Shown piece by piece: positions 38,501-40,292 of a stretch of 40,292 bases of DNA; the first letter of the stretch is position 1; every line of letters begins with the position of its first letter. This DNA is from a candidate division WOR-3 bacterium (lineage in GTDB: Bacteria; Hydrothermota; Tepidihabitantia; Tepidihabitantales; CAIPLT01). Under the pieces are notes generated by a model. The model was not told the DNA's origin and ran no database searches. It was given only the letters and a program-made list of their open reading frames with translations. Where the stretch lies: positions 1 to 40,292 of the forward strand of contig CBFGJZ010000014.1 in NCBI GenBank assembly GCA_965649215.1. Reading direction: 5' to 3'. The translations under genes and the position numbers were made by a program.

Positions 38501-40292
38501 TCCCAAACCACACTGAGTCTCTAACTAATGACATATACGGATCAGATTCAAACATTTTTCCACGCACCTGTTGTGCCTGCACCCCACCGATATTTTTAGC
38601 ATACACGCCATAATTAATAAGTTCACCAGGATTGACTTGTCCATTCGCATTAGAATCATTAAACACAGTTTTACCGACAATGATATATGGCATTGAACCA
38701 GCTACAATTGAAACTGATGCACTGTAACGATAATAATTTACCTTGGTTACAGTCACAATCATCGTAGTGCCTGCAGACTGCGGCGGAATTGAAATTGCGA
38801 GTGGACTGCCATTCGCGCGGGCAACGCCGATAATTTCACCATTGACGGTTAAAGCAATAATTGCACTATCATTAGCAGTCACAGTAAAGCTGGTTGCTCC
38901 CGCCATAAGAGTCGATGCGTGACTGACCGACAAGTTCTGCGGAACTCGTGTATATAAGGGATTAAAAACATCGCCGTGATGATGGAATAAATGATATGTT
39001 ACTGTTTTATCGCTTGTATTATAAGGCCAACTTGAACTCTGTAAAAAATACTTGCCATAATTCATTGCTGCACAGGGATAAAGCGTACCTGCTGGCGTCA
39101 TCTCGGTTGCTGGATAATCAGGCATAAAATGTTGCCACAAACAATCATACATCCCCCACACATAAGCATCATTAACAAAAGAATAGGAAACTTCGCTGGC
39201 GGCGTTTAATCCTAATGCTCCTTTAGGAACACCACTAATATTATACCGATGAAACTTTTCGGTAAAACATTCACTGGTCCAGTTATATTTACCCGTTAAG
39301 CAATTATGCGAATTAACAAAAATCAACTTGTCATTTGTTAAATTATCAATATCTGAATTACTATAAGCAGGTTCTCCCCAACCTTGCTCATATCCGTGGT
39401 CGCGGTGTTGCAGTAAAAAGGCACCGCTGTTTATCGCTTGAGTAATTAAAGTATTGCTTCCATTGTTCCACCAACTAGCATCATTGGGATTGGTTGTTGA
39501 AGGTAACCATCCGAGATTGTAAAAATAATTAACTACTGTTGCCGTGTTGGTAGCAGTTGACCATGCACCGCCAACAGTCGGGGTACCAGAATAAATCGCA
39601 TATAATCGAGTCGGATTTTTATTCAGTCCATTCGGACTCGACATAAAACCACGAATCACTTCTCCACATAATTGAAACCAACGATCGGTCTGCCAAGCTG
39701 CACAAATAATCGGTTGATTATAGAAATTTGCATTTAGATAAGGATTTCTTTCATAATCTAAAAACTTCTTAATCATCACGCTTAACTGCGACTCGGTTTG
39801 CGCTGTAATCCGACCATGAAACATATCAGGCAAATGGTCTCCGTTAACATCTGCATAAATATTGTCCGAAACACAATAAGAATTATATATCGGCGAAGTA
39901 ACACCATATACATCGCCGCTTGAAGGATAATCCGAGAGAATCAGAAATCCGACGGGTCTGGTTCCCCAGTTATTATAAGCATTGTTTAAGAAAGTTTCGA
40001 TCTGCGTTGCTGAACTACCAGTTTGAGTAGTCGTAAAAACTTCGGTTGAAATACCTTGTAATTTTCGCCATCTTTTAATTGTATCTGCCCAAGCAATAAA
40101 AACAGGATCATTGGGCACAATGATAATATATTCATATCCGTCTCTACCCAATCTTTCTGGGGCATAAAAATCTATCGTGGGCAGAGAATTGTAGTTGAGC
40201 AAATGCCCTTGTAATATAGGTTCCCAATACACATTTCTTAAGGCATCATCACCAAAATGTCCATTTCCACCAATAAAATCAACTCTTACTCG
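35556..40292 (-). CDS. Second C25 gingipain-like peptidase with FN3-like, kelch-like propeller and T9SS-type C-terminal domains; 5'-truncated
   Basis: The frame is open to the window end (RVRVDFIGGNGHFGDDALRNVYWEP). It has the same QHRDHG and NSHNCLTG catalytic motifs, a YAWKVRARDAAGNWS FN3-like motif, repeated IYA.KG....EFW.Y propeller blades and a C-terminal SPNP...LYDNLGK...AGVY..R...KIILK. Confidence 0.9.
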   Translation of the reverse strand, partial: RVRVDFIGGNGHFGDDALRNVYWEPILQGHLLNYNSLPTIDFYAPERLGRDGYEYIIIVPNDPVFIAWADTIKRWRKLQGISTEVFTTTQTGSSATQIETFLNNAYNNWGTRPVGFLILSDYPSSGDVYGVTSPIYNSYCVSDNIYADVNGDHLPDMFHGRITAQTESQLSVMIKKFLDYERNPYLNANFYNQPIICAAWQTDRWFQLCGEVIRGFMSSPNGLNKNPTRLYAIYSGTPTVGGAWSTATNTATVVNYFYNLGWLPSTTNPNDASWWNNGSNTLITQAINSGAFLLQHRDHGYEQGWGEPAYSNSDIDNLTNDKLIFVNSHNCLTGKYNWTSECFTEKFHRYNISGVPKGALGLNAASEVSYSFVNDAYVWGMYDCLWQHFMPDYPATEMTPAGTLYPCAAMNYGKYFLQSSSWPYNTSDKTVTYHLFHHHGDVFNPLYTRVPQNLSVSHASTLMAGATSFTVTANDSAIIALTVNGEIIGVARANGSPLAISIPPQSAGTTMIVTVTKVNYYRYSASVSIVAGSMPYIIVGKTVFNDSNANGQVNPGELINYGVYAKNIGGVQAQQVRGKMFESDPYMSLVRDSVWFGTINANDSVLSNPYYQFRTANNCPNGRVVNLSLQFKDGLNNVWTSSCSVTVYAPDITYQSNIISGGNGDGVLNVGETANIIVTLKNEGGAIAANVTTKLKTTLPYITIIDSIGNFGTIGINSSATNASDPYTVSVSPSTPLGTSVTFSIIIISGVYNDTVSFSVLVDPYIENFESSNGSYLANPVDTCWQWGTPTSVGPSSAYSGVKCWGTKIAANYSNNANWKLTSREFVASQNNPVLKFWHWYDFEYSSNIAYDGGNVKISTDSGVTWTVIRPTSGYGKRAAPGNAGIPSESCFYGTSTSWQQVEFILPVSSGQRFFVRWHFGSDNTIFKPGWYIDDIIGIGFNVYNAVSKDVGVDAIIYPTSQHQVSTSCQPVIRVKNYATATQTNFQVTCTIIGTNGAIRYNNTQSVISINPGDTVRVNFNPWLPTVIEQCTVKFRTKLTGDQNPANDRMIRSFAIGDYIPPSVPNLLLPLAGSLVITSSVNFIWQAISDAVQYNLVVSSNQADLINTYLNDTSYLGSNFENGDYAWKVRARDAAGNWSAFSQEQNFRVILGTPGWTQKENIATAVAGKYVKDGGAMVGVNKNNENLPYSLYALRGNKSREFYKYDTAWQRLPDMPYANKPSEPIPNYKSVAKGGALCFDGHDNIYATKGNNTRELWVYSISSSTWRFLSYVPNPPIKAFKGGTSLAFKNGRVYILVGGVKVGLSNFYAYDTVEQNWTALEKAPTVDSRSFKEGSAIVVVGDTIFCLKGKSKNNYFYAYNINTNSWENRANLPLVHPNILKPKTVKDGGALTTDGNVIYAIKGGGSNEFWQYTPAINSWTSLSLIPKLNTSSKSVPKNGACLAFDGINVCLLKGNNTPEFWKFFPYADIKEQPIRSITNQNAQVTMMSNVHFNNAMSVSPNPIKNVGQINLTLGKSDLVKLRLYDNLGKVVCSILNQNLAQGRYVITLSKAELNIPAGVYHLRSEIGGKQETIKIILK

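Overview
A 40.3 kb low-GC bacterial chromosomal segment. The gene content (huge C25 gingipain-like proteases with secretion-type C-terminal domains, a PorV-like barrel, fhs, a class III RNR activase) suggests an anaerobic FCB-related lineage such as candidate division WOR-3; this assignment is inference. Both ends are cut inside two inward-facing gingipain paralogs at almost the same homologous position. These paralogs share about 1040 aa and then carry different C-terminal modules. Between them lie housekeeping genes (accA, era, guaD, trxB plus a protein-disulfide oxidoreductase, fhs, a cold-shock gene, folK-dNK-panB-panC), tRNA-Gln(CTG) and envelope genes. An accessory block (about 14.8-23.5 kb) holds a kelch-like secreted protein, a possibly split phage-replication-like wHTH gene preceded by a pseudoknot-like leader, lipoproteins, a signal-peptide-bearing tail-fibre-like repeat protein and a DUF3578-HNH fusion with an apparently altered catalytic His. 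At least seven genes appear to be leaderless, and one gene appears to start at CTG. No CRISPR array, rRNA, integrase, transposase or reverse transcriptase was seen. All family assignments come from motif recognition, not database searches.
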